Source: Chlorokybus atmophyticus
Taxonomy: Eukaryota; Plantae; Mesostigma and Chlorokybus algae
Direction of reading: 5' to 3'
Length of the DNA: 64,000 bases
Assembly: GCA_009103225.1 (NCBI GenBank)
Contig: RHPI01000003.1
Coordinates: 62,001-126,000, forward strand
Part shown: one piece after another, positions 24,475-37,034 of the stretch
Numbering within the stretch: the first letter of the stretch is position 1
How the letters are laid out: every line of letters starts with the position of its first letter
Position numbers and translations under genes: made by a program
Notes under the pieces: model-generated
Seen by the model: the letters and a program-made list of their open reading frames with translations, nothing else
Databases searched by the model: none
What the model was told of the DNA's origin: nothing

Positions 24475-27157
24475 TTATAGCCGTAAAGTTCCACCCGCAA
24501 ACGCCTGCAACCGCCGTTCAATGGCAGCGTCCATATTAATTGCCTGCACAGCCATCCCAAAGCATGTCAGCTCTGCAATGCACTTGGAGCAGCAACAACA
24601 TCACACAATACCGCCACCACCATACCTTGTTAACTTCGTCTTCAACTGCGTACTTAGACAGCATAGCACGGCGTTCCTCCTGTACAGTTCATGCAGTACA
24701 TGACAAGCCTGACAGGCTAGCTTTGAGCCAAACACCACATGCAAGATGCCCAGCAGCTACCTTGTTGTTGTGCCCTTACCAGTGGCTGCTCAAGCCAGCA
24801 CGTGTCCATGCAAGTAAAGTAACGGCAATGCTGGTGGCATAACATGAACGCTAGACTACTAAAGGACAGTTGCTGCGCCCTAATGTCGTGACAGCAATAA
24901 TTGCTCTGCTGGTCTGTGTTACTGATAAGTAACCTGACTGTACGTACCGGGTGGAGAAGGGACACAAGCAAGTTGGGTTAGCAATGCAGATACTCACCAT
25001 AGAGTAGTCCTCATCATCCCACACGAGATAGACCTCATTGGTGCCAGGAGCAGCGGCAGGTGGCTGGGCAGTCCCTTGTTGTGGCGGTGTGGGCGTTGCT
25101 GTTGGCAGAGCTCCATCAGAGCCCACTGCATACGTACCTGGCACTGTAGTGCCGAAAGCGCAATCAGGCCAACAAATGCTAGCATGTCAACGCGTCAGCA
25201 AATGCACCATGCCAACCTGCAGGGGAGCCTGCAACTGCAGGACTGGCTGAAGGTAGAGGAGGCGTGTGCGCTGGTGCTGAACCAGGGGTACCTGGCGTTC
25301 CTGGCGTTCCTATGGGCCTGAAGTCGGGACCTACTGGTGCCGATGGCGGCCTGCACCAAGCCAAAGCAAATTAATCGTTGAAAAATTGGATAGCAACGGC
25401 AAGTACTCTTGCAAGACTTGCATGTTGTGCATGAAACAAAAGAACCAACAAGCAAATAACTCAAAAAACCACACCTTACACCGCCGATAGGAAAGAGAGG
25501 GCGAGGTGGTTGACCGCCTGGCTGCCCTGGGATGGGGGGTGGGTAGGCAGCTTGACCATTAGGGGCGCCATATGGCGGAGCACCTGCGAGGGGAGTTACA
25601 CATCAGAGGCAGGCTGCAATGCAACGGTATTATGCAAGCACGAGTCAACAAAAGGCTGGTACAGCTGTCAAATCTGACCAGGCGTACCATAAGGAGGAGG
25701 ATAAGCTGGATACGCAGGCTGATAATGCGCCTGCCCGTATGGCTGCATTCCGTACCTGACATATCAACAAGTGAGCACATAATGCAACATTGAGTTAAAG
25801 CTTGCAAGCACATGACATGGACTGGTCAAGTGTAATGCTTGCACTAGATGTTGACATACGGGGGCATTCCGTATGGGGCCGGCGCGAATGGCACTGGAGG
25901 CGGATATGATGCTGGTAGAGGGGCAGCCTGGCGAGGGGTTTGATCCAGACCTACTTTTGCCACCTTATTTGAATCGTCCTCACCACCTCCTGCATGCACA
26001 TCCATTCAGACAACAACCAGCCCGTCCAAGCAAGTGTACGAGCTAACTGAATAACGTAATGGTCCTACGCGCACAGGGCTGTCAACACACCCACATAGAG
26101 AGTGTCCATCCAACTCAGCAGGCTTGTTGTTGTTGTGGTGGTGGTTGGGGTGGGGGGTGGGGGGGGGTGCTCTTGTGTGCCGCACCTCAATTATATGAAA
26201 GTGAGTGAAGCAGGCATTGCCCTTGCATGTTTACAACGTTACAGAGGTCCAGAATCAGCACATACCCAAGGGGACAACACTCGTTCTTGCACTCACAATG
26301 AGAAATCAACCAGCGCTCGTACAGTCACAAGAGCACGGCTCAATTGTACATCGACACAACAGTGAATCCTGGCTTGTGCCACGCACCTTGGCGGTCAGGT
26401 CCCGCATCCAAAACATCCTGAGGTATCCCATTCATGCCAAAGATCTCCAGATCTGTGGAATCGCGCCCAGGCTTTGAATTGGGCACCCTGCAGCCAATCC
26501 AACGACTCCTTGAACCGCATGGTGCACATGATGCAGCTGCGTGACTCCTATGCTGACGGGACAAATGCGGCAGAGTAACGCCATGCAAGAGCGTGCATGG
26601 TTTGACACCGTACGTTACGCATATGCTACAGGGCTCGCAATACATGAACATGTAGTACGTGAAATGCCTGCTACGATGTGACAATAATGCACCCACACTG
26701 CAAGATGGGAAGCCTCCACTGAGCAGAGAACAGAGCGAAGTTACTGTTTGCTGTTGCGACCTTGTACGTGTTGTACAGCAATGATGTAGACATGCACGTC
26801 GTATGCAGTGTTCTATACACTTCAACTCAACAATTCTGAGTCTTTTATGTATATGGTTTGAAGCAACTGTAAGAGAACCATGGCTGTTCATCACAGCGAA
26901 TCCCTCATTAAAGGAGCAAGCGCACGAGATAACAATGCAGCCTTAAAACAGCGCACTTACCTGGTGACATTCTCCTTATGTACTTGAAGGACATGGATAA
27001 CCATGCCGCTGGCGGTAGAGAGCTTCTTGTGGCAGACATGGCACTTGAAATGCTTGGCCTTTTGGTGCTGCACCAGAATCTTCTCGTCCTCAAACTCCCT
27101 CCCGCAGTAGTAGCACCAGGGCCGAAACACCTCCACCTGCTTCTTCTTTTTCCCCAT
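24475..27157 (-). CDS. SUF4: SUF4 / BuGZ / ZNF207-type double C2H2 zinc-finger protein
   Basis: [62 protein letters not shown], then [22 protein letters not shown], a Pro-rich middle, [14 protein letters not shown]|[10 protein letters not shown] and the plant-like tail [22 protein letters not shown]. Confidence 0.93.
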
Positions 27158-27310
27158 GCTCTAGACCCACCTCCGCCCCAATTCGCCCTTCTCTCTGCTG
27201 AATTTGATCCTTCTTTCAAAAGGCCACTTTCCAATAGTGGCCTCCCTCCCCTACGACACCGCCGCCGCCGCCGCCACCGCCGCCGCGCCCGCCACCCCCA
27301 CCGTCGCCAG

Positions 27311-27326
27311 AAACCCTAACCCTAAC
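27311..27326. promoter_or_regulatory. Telo-box-like motif in the SUF4/ISS1 divergent promoter
   Basis: aaaccctaaccctaac lies between two head-to-head start codons (27157 and 27523). Confidence 0.5.
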
Positions 27327-27522
27327 GCTCACTGAACACGACCAGCTGACTCACACAGTTCACTGAGCCAGACCGTTAGGTTGCCAACCTGCTGCAGCGT
27401 ATCAGGTGAACCGCCATGAACCCAAGGCAACCAGTGTGCTGAATCAGTGCCATCGCTGATCCTGCACTGAATCAGAACACCTGCCTTCATTGGCTTGCTG
27501 AATTAGAAGATCCGAGCGGGAC

Positions 27523-30500
27523 ATGCTGCGTGCGGCGACGACGGCGACGTCGTTGTCGTCGTCGTCGTCGTTGTGGCCGTCGTCGTCCTCGTTGCCATTG
27601 CTTGGTGTGCGAGCACGTGTCAGGATGGCGCTTGCCGAGAATGCTTCTTCCGCCGCCGCTCCCCCTGCGGCCGCGCCCCCTCCGCCCACCTTCTCCAAGC
27701 GCATTGTGGCGACGGACCCGCCATGCATCATACAGGTCTGGCCTGGCCTGGCCTGGCTGGCTCGATCACGCTGTGCATGAGATTGTTTCGTGGCAGGCCA
27801 GGGGGTTCTGCAAGGCGTAATTGTACCAATGCAGCAGTCCCTGTTAATTTATCAGCTGTCATACCCCCAGGCAATGCATGCTTTCAATGCTTATGATGAG
27901 CTACACGACGCCATGACACTTACTAGGGTCTTTGCGATCTGCTCAGCTACCAGTTTGCGTTCATTGTTCTCAACAGCCAGCTGTGGCTGCGATGAACACA
28001 AGCGCGCCAACAGTTGTACTGCATTGCACGAGCACGACGCAACACAATGCTCCAGCATGATGACTACAGACTTATGTAGTATGCTGTGTTCAGCATTGTC
28101 AGCTGTGTTTGACATTCTAGCCTTTGCATTCACGGACGCCCATCTTGTGAATACCACTGTCATGTAGAAGCATAACAATATGTGTGTCTGTGTGTATGTG
28201 TGCGTGCAGATGCAGAGGCTCATGCGCGGTACAGAAGGAGTGATGTCGCTGGCGCAGGGCATAGTGCATTGGACGCCACCGCAGAAGGCTCTGGACGCGG
28301 CGGCTGCGGCGATATCGGACCCGCTCACCAGCAAGTACGGCGCTGATGATGGCATGCTTGACCTTCGCGCCGCGCTTGTTGAAAAGGTGTTGCTCAATTG
28401 ACATACACACAGTGGTATCCAAGCTGTTGTACTTGTGTCACATTTGTGACTGCACGGGTGCGTTGTCAAACAGGTTCTGACTTGTGTGTTCCTCTTGGCC
28501 TTTGCAGCTTAAGAATGAGAATGGCATGAAGAATCCGGCTGTCATGGTGACAGCTGGAGCTAATCAGGTACCAGGTGTGTTGGTATTGACTTGTGGTTTT
28601 GTGCTGTCCATCCTGCTGGCACTGACAGTGTACTCTAATAAAAAGGTGTTTAGTACTCTGATCAGTTGACAGATGACCTTTGCAGCACATGCACAAGTGC
28701 ACACGCATGTGCATGCATGTGTGCATGCGAGTGCGCACGCACGCACGCACACACGTATACACACAATGTCACACCCTGTGCTGCGTTTTGTCTTGTCCAG
28801 CTGTGCCCGATGACACAAACAAACTGCGAATCCAACATGTTGTGATGGCCCAATTGGCAGTTGATTACAGTATCCCACGCACCCATGCACACACAGGCGC
28901 GCACACGCACATGCCAACACACCTGCACACCCAAACACGAGCACATACTGACAATGTGCATAATCTAACACTGCGTGATGTGGTCCGGTCAGTGCAGGCG
29001 TTCACCAACGTGGTGGTGGCGCTGTGCGATGCGTCTGACCCTGTCGTCCTCTTCGCTCCGTACTACTTCAATCATCTGATGGCGCTGCAGATGACGGGCA
29101 GCGCGGGCTCGATTGTCATCGGGCCCTCGGACCTGCAGACCAACATCGCCGACATGCGCTGGCTCCGCGAGCAGTTCGCCTCGGACAGGAAACCGAAGAT
29201 GGTCGTGTTGGTCAACCCGGGTAACCCCACAGGCGCTCTGCTCCCGCGCCACGTGCTCCAGGTTTGTGTGCTTGCATTAACTGCCAACGCCACGCCTTTG
29301 CAAACGTATCTGCGCAAAAGCACATGAGTGTGTTGCAGTTCTGTTGTAATAAAGTTCTGCTGCGCTGCTTGTGCTTGCACGCGTGATATTGTGCGCAGGG
29401 TGAGTATTGGGCTATTGCCAACCTGTGGTGATAACACGGGCGAGCATGTTACCGTACTATTTAATACGTGGCTGTGCTATGTGCGTGTGTGTTCAACAGC
29501 GGGTTGTTGTGCTTGTTCATTATGTTGATTATCTTTGCGGCTTGTGTAACCACATAGCCAGAAACTCAACAACAGCGGAAAGCGTAGTAGAGGCTCCTGT
29601 CCTCGATTGCTCCTTGTCTGCAACGTGCTTGGCTTATTCTGTTGCTGTTATGCAGGAGGCGTCGGAGCTGTGCAAAGCCAATGGCGCGTGGCTTGTGATG
29701 GACAACACGTACGAGTACTTTTTGTACAATGATGCGGTGCACAGCGTGATTGAGGCGGACCACGTAATCAACATGTTCAGCATGTCGAAGTCGCATGGGA
29801 TGATGGGTTGGCGTGTTGGTTATATTACCTACTCTCCAAATGTACCGGGCCTTCTTGACCAGCTGCTGAAAGCACAGGTTGGATGCTTGTGTTGCAATGG
29901 CAGAAAATCAAGCTGTTGCAGGCACAACATCTGACTGTACTCGATACACGCAACAGGACACGATACCTGTCTGCGCACCCATCATTTCGCAAAGAGCAGC
30001 GCTCGGCGCACTGCAGGTACTTTTCAAACAGGTGTAATCAACCGTTGGTCAGTCAACATGGTGTTGGCTGTACAGTTGCATCTGTCCGTCTGCGTGCATG
30101 CGCGCGTGTTTGTGTGTGCACCGGCGTGGGTTGTGCTTACGTTCTGTTGGGCACCCTACCAGGAAGGTCCCGAGTGGGTGAAGAACCAGGTGGCCGGACT
30201 GTCAAGCAATCGCGCAGCTGTGTTGAAGGTGATCCTCATTGCATGGGGACAAACGTTACGTGGGGAACCACCACTCATGTGGCTAAATGGTGCCATGCCG
30301 TGCTGCGCGTATGCAGGCTCTGGAGCCACTGGGTGCCGGCGCAGTCTCCCCTGCAGATGGCGCCATTTACTTGTGGGCAAAGCTGCCACCACACGCTGAT
30401 GATGATCAGGTAATTGATATTGTTGTTGATACTTGTACTTGATGCGTGTTGGGTTGATGTTGTAACGGTATTGCAACACGTAAAGATGTCAGGTGAGATG

Positions 30501-30705
30501 TTGTGTGCTTGGCTTGATCACACAGGCGGTCATGGCGTGGCTGGCTCAGAAACACAAGGTCTGCATCATACCGGGATCCTCGTGCGGGCGCGGGGGTTAC
30601 ATTCGCATCGCATTTGCCAACCTCAAACCCGCAGACTGTGTGTTGGCGGCCGAGAGGCTGAAGGCGGGTCTTGAAGACTTGGTTGCCAATGGGTTGAGAT
30701 TGTGA
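27523..30705 (+). CDS. ISS1: Class I/II PLP aminotransferase, ISS1/VAS1 (aromatic aminotransferase)-like, with N-terminal transit-peptide-like extension
   Basis: MSLAQGIVHWTPP, SKYGADDGMLDLRAAL, VMVTAGANQAF, APYYFNH, VLVNPGNPTG, WLVMDNTYEYFLY, PLP-lysine motif FSMSKSHGMMGWRVGY, DTIPVCAPIISQ, IPGSSCG..GYIRIAFANL. Confidence 0.9.
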
Positions 30706-32092
30706 GTAAATTGGGGTCAGGCTTTGATTATTCTTGCAGTTTGCAGTATGCACGCATGTGTAGTCATTTGGCAGTTAGAGGAACAACTTGATTGCAATAA
30801 ACAGTGTTTAAATCTCCTGTGAGGCTTTGACGTGCGTAGGTTATGTACAGATCATGCACCTGAGCTTTTGCGTTGCGTTTGTGCAGATTTGCATTGTGTA
30901 GATGAGGCATGTTGCTCCAACAGTCGTCTGCTCGCAGAAGTATGGTATCACCTAGGCTGTGTGTCAACACATGGGTGAAGTTTGATGTAGACAGGTTGTA
31001 TGGGTTGTTATTGCTGCATCAGTGCTGCTGCCTTTGGAGTAAATGTGCGGGTCTATGTGGGTGTCAATATATGAGGGTGCATCTCATGTCTGCGGGTATA
31101 GCCGGATTGCTGGGGTGAGAGTGTGCAATGACAGTGCACGTGTGTACACGCGTGCATATGCTTGAGCCTTAGTGTGTGTTCGTGTGTGAAAGTGGCAAGT
31201 GTGTGTACACTGTGCACTCTGCACGGTCTTATTTGCGAGTATGACTCCGTTCTTGTCGTCAAGTGTGCATCGTTTACATTGCCCTGTCATATACCAAGTG
31301 TGAATGTGTGCCACTTGCCTGCTACCGGAAAGTCTACAGCATGACGCTGCAGTGTTGACCATGGGTCCTATGCGGTGGCCGCTCCCAGTCAACTCCTGCC
31401 TGACGGCCCCAATCTCTCTCTGGCCCCAGTCACTCTAGCCCTGGCTTTGGCTGTCACTGACAGGGCGGATGTGGCAAATGAGGGCGCTGCTTGCGTCAAC
31501 ATATCTATACACAATGCATCTGCCTGAGTGGCCCAGCGCACTGCCAATCATTGCACTGTTGCTGCTTCTCCATCGCTGTCCACTTGTTTGAACAGCAACC
31601 TGCCTCATGCACATCCCTGCATAATGTTACTAAACACTTTGTGTTACAGGATGTGTCTGTTCTTTGCACACGACTGCAGTCTTGGCACCATTTCATGCCG
31701 ATGCTTGTGTCATGCACGCTGTTGGCATGCACTGCTGGGCGGATAAGGAAGCTTGAAATATCTGTAAGGTATGGCATACAACGAAGCAAGTTCACCAGCT
31801 GAAAACCTGCGCGTAAATAGTACGGTGCATGCTGTTACAGGTTTGTTGCCTTCAATCAACCAACCTGATGTCATCGGTCAATAATCAAGTTGGTTCGTGT
31901 GCACAGTTGCCAGATCGCAATGCCACAACGAGGAAAAGCAGGTGAATGCCAGTGTCTGTACGGTAAAAGATTGTCACGATATTTAATGTTGAATATGTAT
32001 AACTAGAATACGCACATAAAAACGGTGGAAACAAGTTCATACTGCAATCGACAGCTACAGCTAGATTGAACGTGTTGAACACAGAATGCTCA

Positions 32093-35000
32093 TCAGTCAT
32101 AGATACAGACGGCGCCAAGCTCCATAGCTAGACGGTACACCCAATGGTCGAGTCCCGCAAGGTGCACAGTGCTCATCACCGAATCACGCTCAAAGTACTT
32201 CCCGGACCCTTTCGCGGTGTATCCATACAAATCTATCCGCGAGCACATCCCCGACGCAAGCACCTGACGATGCAAAGTACATGGGCTTGATTGCCATATA
32301 CGCGTGCACGCGCGCACATGCGTGCACAGGCACGCTCTCAAACACTCACGAACGCGTGCGCGCATGGGCACACACATATGCATGCAAACACAAGCACATC
32401 GTATGCACACTCGCGTGTTGCAGACAGCTCTTGAGCGACAAGAGTTGGCGACAGACAACAAAAGTCAGCGATGCAGCAAGCATTGGCCAGTACCTGTACG
32501 AACCACTTGAAGCCACCCGGCGGTGCTTGTATGGTGTCCAGCTTGGCTTCTTTCATGTACTTGACATAAGTCGGATAGATCAACTGCATTCAAGAAAGCC
32601 AGGCAATGCAGATGACAGAGTTGAGAGTGGATCAATACCGTACAGGCGCACATGTGTGCGGCTCTACCCCACGGCAAGGCAACACTTTGCGTGGCAACAT
32701 GCAGAGTCAATTATTTTCAATAAACCAACGCGATGCTTGCATAGCTTGTCATAGATATAGCGACAAACCAGCACCCACAGCTTTAAAGTGGTATAATACT
32801 CATGTGGTATAATTGATGTGACATACATCCCCTTTTCACCTTGTCGGCGAGCCGTGTGGGCCAGAGCAAAGGCAAGCCCAGGTACTTCTGTTGCTGCACT
32901 TCGCTGCTCTCTACATTCTCAAAGTACTTGCTCATGCTCTTGAACATGTAAAACTTTGTCGCGCGCTGGTTCTCTTGGCCGTACTGGACTTCATCGTTGC
33001 GCACCTGTGCCCACATGCATCATGTTAATTGACCACTTCAGCGGCAGGCACAACATTATAACAACCCACGCATATACCTTCCAGTATACGATGTCGCTCT
33101 TGATGCCAATGTCATCAGAGTACCTCGCCATCGGCGAGTTGTACCTAAACACCGTGTCGTGCGAGTCTATTTCGGGCCCTCGCTGCTGGTGCAGCATGTT
33201 GTCTCCAACCTGCATGCACACTATTCTGTCAACCATACTCGGACAAGCTGCAACTATGTGTACACCTTCGTTACAAGCACACGTGCACAAAGGCAGTTGT
33301 CATCGCTCACTGCAACAATGGCGCAGGTACCGAAGGCACCCGGTTGCAAGTCTGGGAACAGTTCCAGATAGTTCTCCGGCATGCCCTTGTTGGGAAAATA
33401 GTCTGCGGGGCTATCTAGCAGACCCATCATGTCACCCATCATGTACCTAGTTTGCAAGTCAGAACACAACTTGTTGGGAGTGTCTTCTCAGGCACGCAAG
33501 TGTACACAACATGGGCGTATTGTACCTTCTCACGCAGTCGCGTGTCCAGAACCCGCATTCCGTCTCGTTGCCAGCGACCCACGACGCGATCATCCTACCA
33601 AACTGCTCGCGCATTTTCAGCGAGGGGGGAGAGAAGCGCGGCTGGTGCTTGCTGCTGCTCTTCTTTTTCTTCTTGCTCAGCAAACGCCTCCCAATGTTGC
33701 TGTTGGAGTCATCTGAGTGACACACACAGAAGTGAGCACAGGCTGTATACCTTACACATCGGGCACACTTGCATGTGAACGCGACGCGCGTGTACGAGCA
33801 CACCACTTTTTGAATCCACGCATGCACGCACGCACACACATATGCGCCCACACGCGCGCATATGCACACGCGCACACACGCGTGCGCGCACGCACGCACG
33901 CATGCACGCCTTCTGTCCCCAGCCACAACCCCACACTCACAGCCATGTGTGATAAAGTGCCACACCTGTGACCGCGAATGACGGTTGCGTGCTAACAGAG
34001 TGAAACCGAAGCGGTCCGGGAGCTCTCCGGCACATCTCCGGCACAATGGGCTCGGGGCAGAGCGGACAGTTGGGGACAACACGCACGGGTGGACGCACAA
34101 GCGGCCCTGCACACAACACCACAACAGAGATGTTGATAATCACTAGCCATGGCTGGTAAACCAACCGAGTGCATGTTGGGATTACCTGCTGCGGGTCTCT
34201 GGACTTGTTGTGCGTCCGCTATGACGACATTGAACGCCACAACTGCATCGACAACAACAATTTCATCAGCAAAGGTAAAGCAAGTGTTTTGTGAAGATTT
34301 GTTGCTGCTTTAACCCATATGCAAAGAACAAGTGGTTAGCAGGCGTACGTGGTGGTGGTGGTGATGGTGGTGGTGGTGACGGTGGTGGTGAGGGCGGTGG
34401 TGGCGATGACGGTGGTGGTGATGGTGGCGGTGGTGGTCGTGATGGTGGCGGTGGTGCCGGAGATGGTGGTGGTGATGCGGGTGGGGGTGATGACAGTGGC
34501 GGTGAGGCCTGCACTTTATCAGCGAGCTCGGAAGCTACCGTGCGCGTTGCAGTGTTTGCATCCTCTGTCGCGGCTTGCAAGTCAGCGTCGCCTAGTGCTT
34601 TGGAGGAAAGACATGAGAAGCATGGGTAAGTCAAGCAGACATGCGCGTGCGTGCAGGTAACCATTCAGACTTTTGGACACTCGGAAACTCTCTCGCGCAT
34701 GTGCGAAGACACATGCACACGCGCACACACACTTATAGTTGTGTCGTAATATCTGACATGCAGATGAACAAAGACATCAGCCCAACAGTACCTGTGAACT
34801 CCTCTAGCACTCTCCTATCCAAGGGCAAAGCCGGCAATTGCGCTCCCGCTTGCAACTGGGCTGCATTTTGCACCGGTAGAGAAGCTCTTGCTTGTGTTTG
34901 CAGTGCTGCCCTTCTTGGCGCTGCTGGCACTGTGCCTGCTTCAAGATGTGACGATCAGTTTGTTTACTACTTTTGTAATCAACACATCTGCCACGAGCCG

Positions 35001-35308
35001 GCAGCGTGGACTTCTTCCATCCAACACTCCAACACGAACACCAGCACCAGCACCAGCACCAGCACCAGCAACGACATTAACAACAATACACCACACCAGC
35101 AGCAGCAGCATCAGACTTTGATAGCTTAGATTGGTAGCAGTAGATGCTAGCAGCTGTGAACCGCAGCTCCCCTTCAGGCAGGTGGGTTACCTTGACCAGG
35201 AGGTTGTTGTGTGCTGTCGGGTGATGATGGAAAAGACGAAGTTCCACGCGCAGGAGCAGTCAAACAGCTCAAAACCAACACTGTGACCAGCACACCGTGC
35301 ATCTTCAT
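32093..35308 (-). CDS. Glycosyltransferase family 29 (sialyltransferase-like) with N-terminal signal/TM and Ser-Pro3-4 stalk
   Basis: Start MKMHGVLVTVLVLSCLTAPARG (ATG 35308); SPPP-repeat exon near 34345-34500; L-motif CAIVA|VGDNMLHQQRGPEIDSHDTVFRYNSPMARYSDDIG; S-motif PPGG...MCSRIDLYGY; VS-like HLAGLDHWVY. Confidence 0.85.
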
Positions 35309-37034
35309 CAGGCAAGCCCTGTGCCTGAGCTCAAGCTACAAGCTAAGAGCTGCAGCAGCAGTGCGTCTGGCGCACAGCATACGCTAATAGGTCAGTTCTG
35401 TCAGTAGGTTGCTAGAGCTTAAGCAGCAGGTCACGCCTTGAGGAGGGCGTCAGGGTGCACGAGGAGCGCGCCCACTACCGCCTCGCCGACACGGCAGCGC
35501 CCTGCCCATATGCTGCAGCAGGCACAGCAGCAACAACATGCTTACATCGGAACGCGGTAGTTGCTGCACCGACTTTGTGAAAGGCGAGTTCATTCACGGC
35601 GTGCATCTTCGGTAGGTTCTAGTGATCCCCGTTGTGATTGCCGACGTTTTGCATGAGTTCGCGTCACGTGAGGTGGACATCCCAAGTTGGGAGTCCCAAC
35701 TTGGGTGAGATCGCCCAGGCAGCGCGCCTCACGAATAGTGATTCATGGCCCCTGAAGCCATGAATCACTACCGCAATGTACTACATACATCACAACCCGC
35801 ACTCTATTCAAATCATAATTATTCACTTCAACCTTTTGCTACTATAATAATCAAGTCAATAAAATGCATTGATGTTTGTGTTGCTAAGACTCTCTGAAGA
35901 GCTAATAAAAAATAAAATCTGAGACAATTCGGAATTACTTTTTTATCGTAATGTTTGTAGCAGTACGGTATTCATGAGTCATGAACACAAGTTGCATTAC
36001 CCAACCCCTTGTTATACAAGTCCCAATGGCCCCTGTATATACAATATGAGAGATGATGCAAGACAAAAAACGTGTGTATGCATATTTTGCCACTTTTACT
36101 ATTGAGCTTATAATATGCAAACTCATGTGTCTGTATGTTTGTATGGAAGCAACCGCGAGGGGGTTGGGGGGGTAGAATGGAAAAGAGTGTACATAAATCC
36201 AGAACATCAATGCATGCATTGTGACGTTTTGGATACGTGTCTGTCTCGTTAAAAGCAATGGATTTGTGTGGGCGGGGTAATTGAACTGCATTAGAACATA
36301 CTTGGTTGATTGTATCACATTTGCCAGGATTCTTGGTAAGTGTAATACAATGTGCACTGACGCGTTGTATTTTACAAGTAACAAAAAGTCAAACCACATA
36401 ACAAATTGCACTTGATTGATATTGATAACTATACTGCAGCCCATACCGGTGCTACCTTGTTACCGGCGGCGCGGTGGCAAGGGGGCATAGGGTATAGCTC
36501 AGGGGCCAACAAGCAACCACAGCAACCAATAGCAACGCAACAACAATAAGCAATGAACACCACAACAAGCAGCAAGCAACACAGAGCTAGCTAGACTAAG
36601 GGGGCTGCTACCTATGTGCGTGCAACGTGTAGGCAGTGGAGCAGGCAGTGGCAGTTAGGACAGATCTGCCAAACTACCTGTACAAGGTAGGGGCATAGGG
36701 AGCGGTCAAGGGCTTGACTGGTATTGCTGTCAGCGGCGACGATCAACTCTTACCACCCCTGCTTTCACCTTGAGGTGCCATTATGTTGGCTGACCCTTCT
36801 CCTTGCCCAACCTGTGTAACCCCTGCAATCCATTCCAACTTACACAATAATTGCATCTGTTCATACACTTAGGTACGGGTTTGTTCTCCAGTCTTGTGGC
36901 AGTCCCATGTAGCCTCAAGCCCCACGTGTCAAGTATGTGAACACTGCTCATGCCACTGGTATGAGTTCTATTTACTTGTTGCAGCAATACATGACGTGAA
37001 GTCAGTAGCGAGTTGCAGCGTCATGCATGAACAC

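Noticed and set aside
31330-31480. Box C/D snoRNA
   Set aside because: Only a partial C box (atgacg) and no convincing terminal stem or rRNA antisense element.
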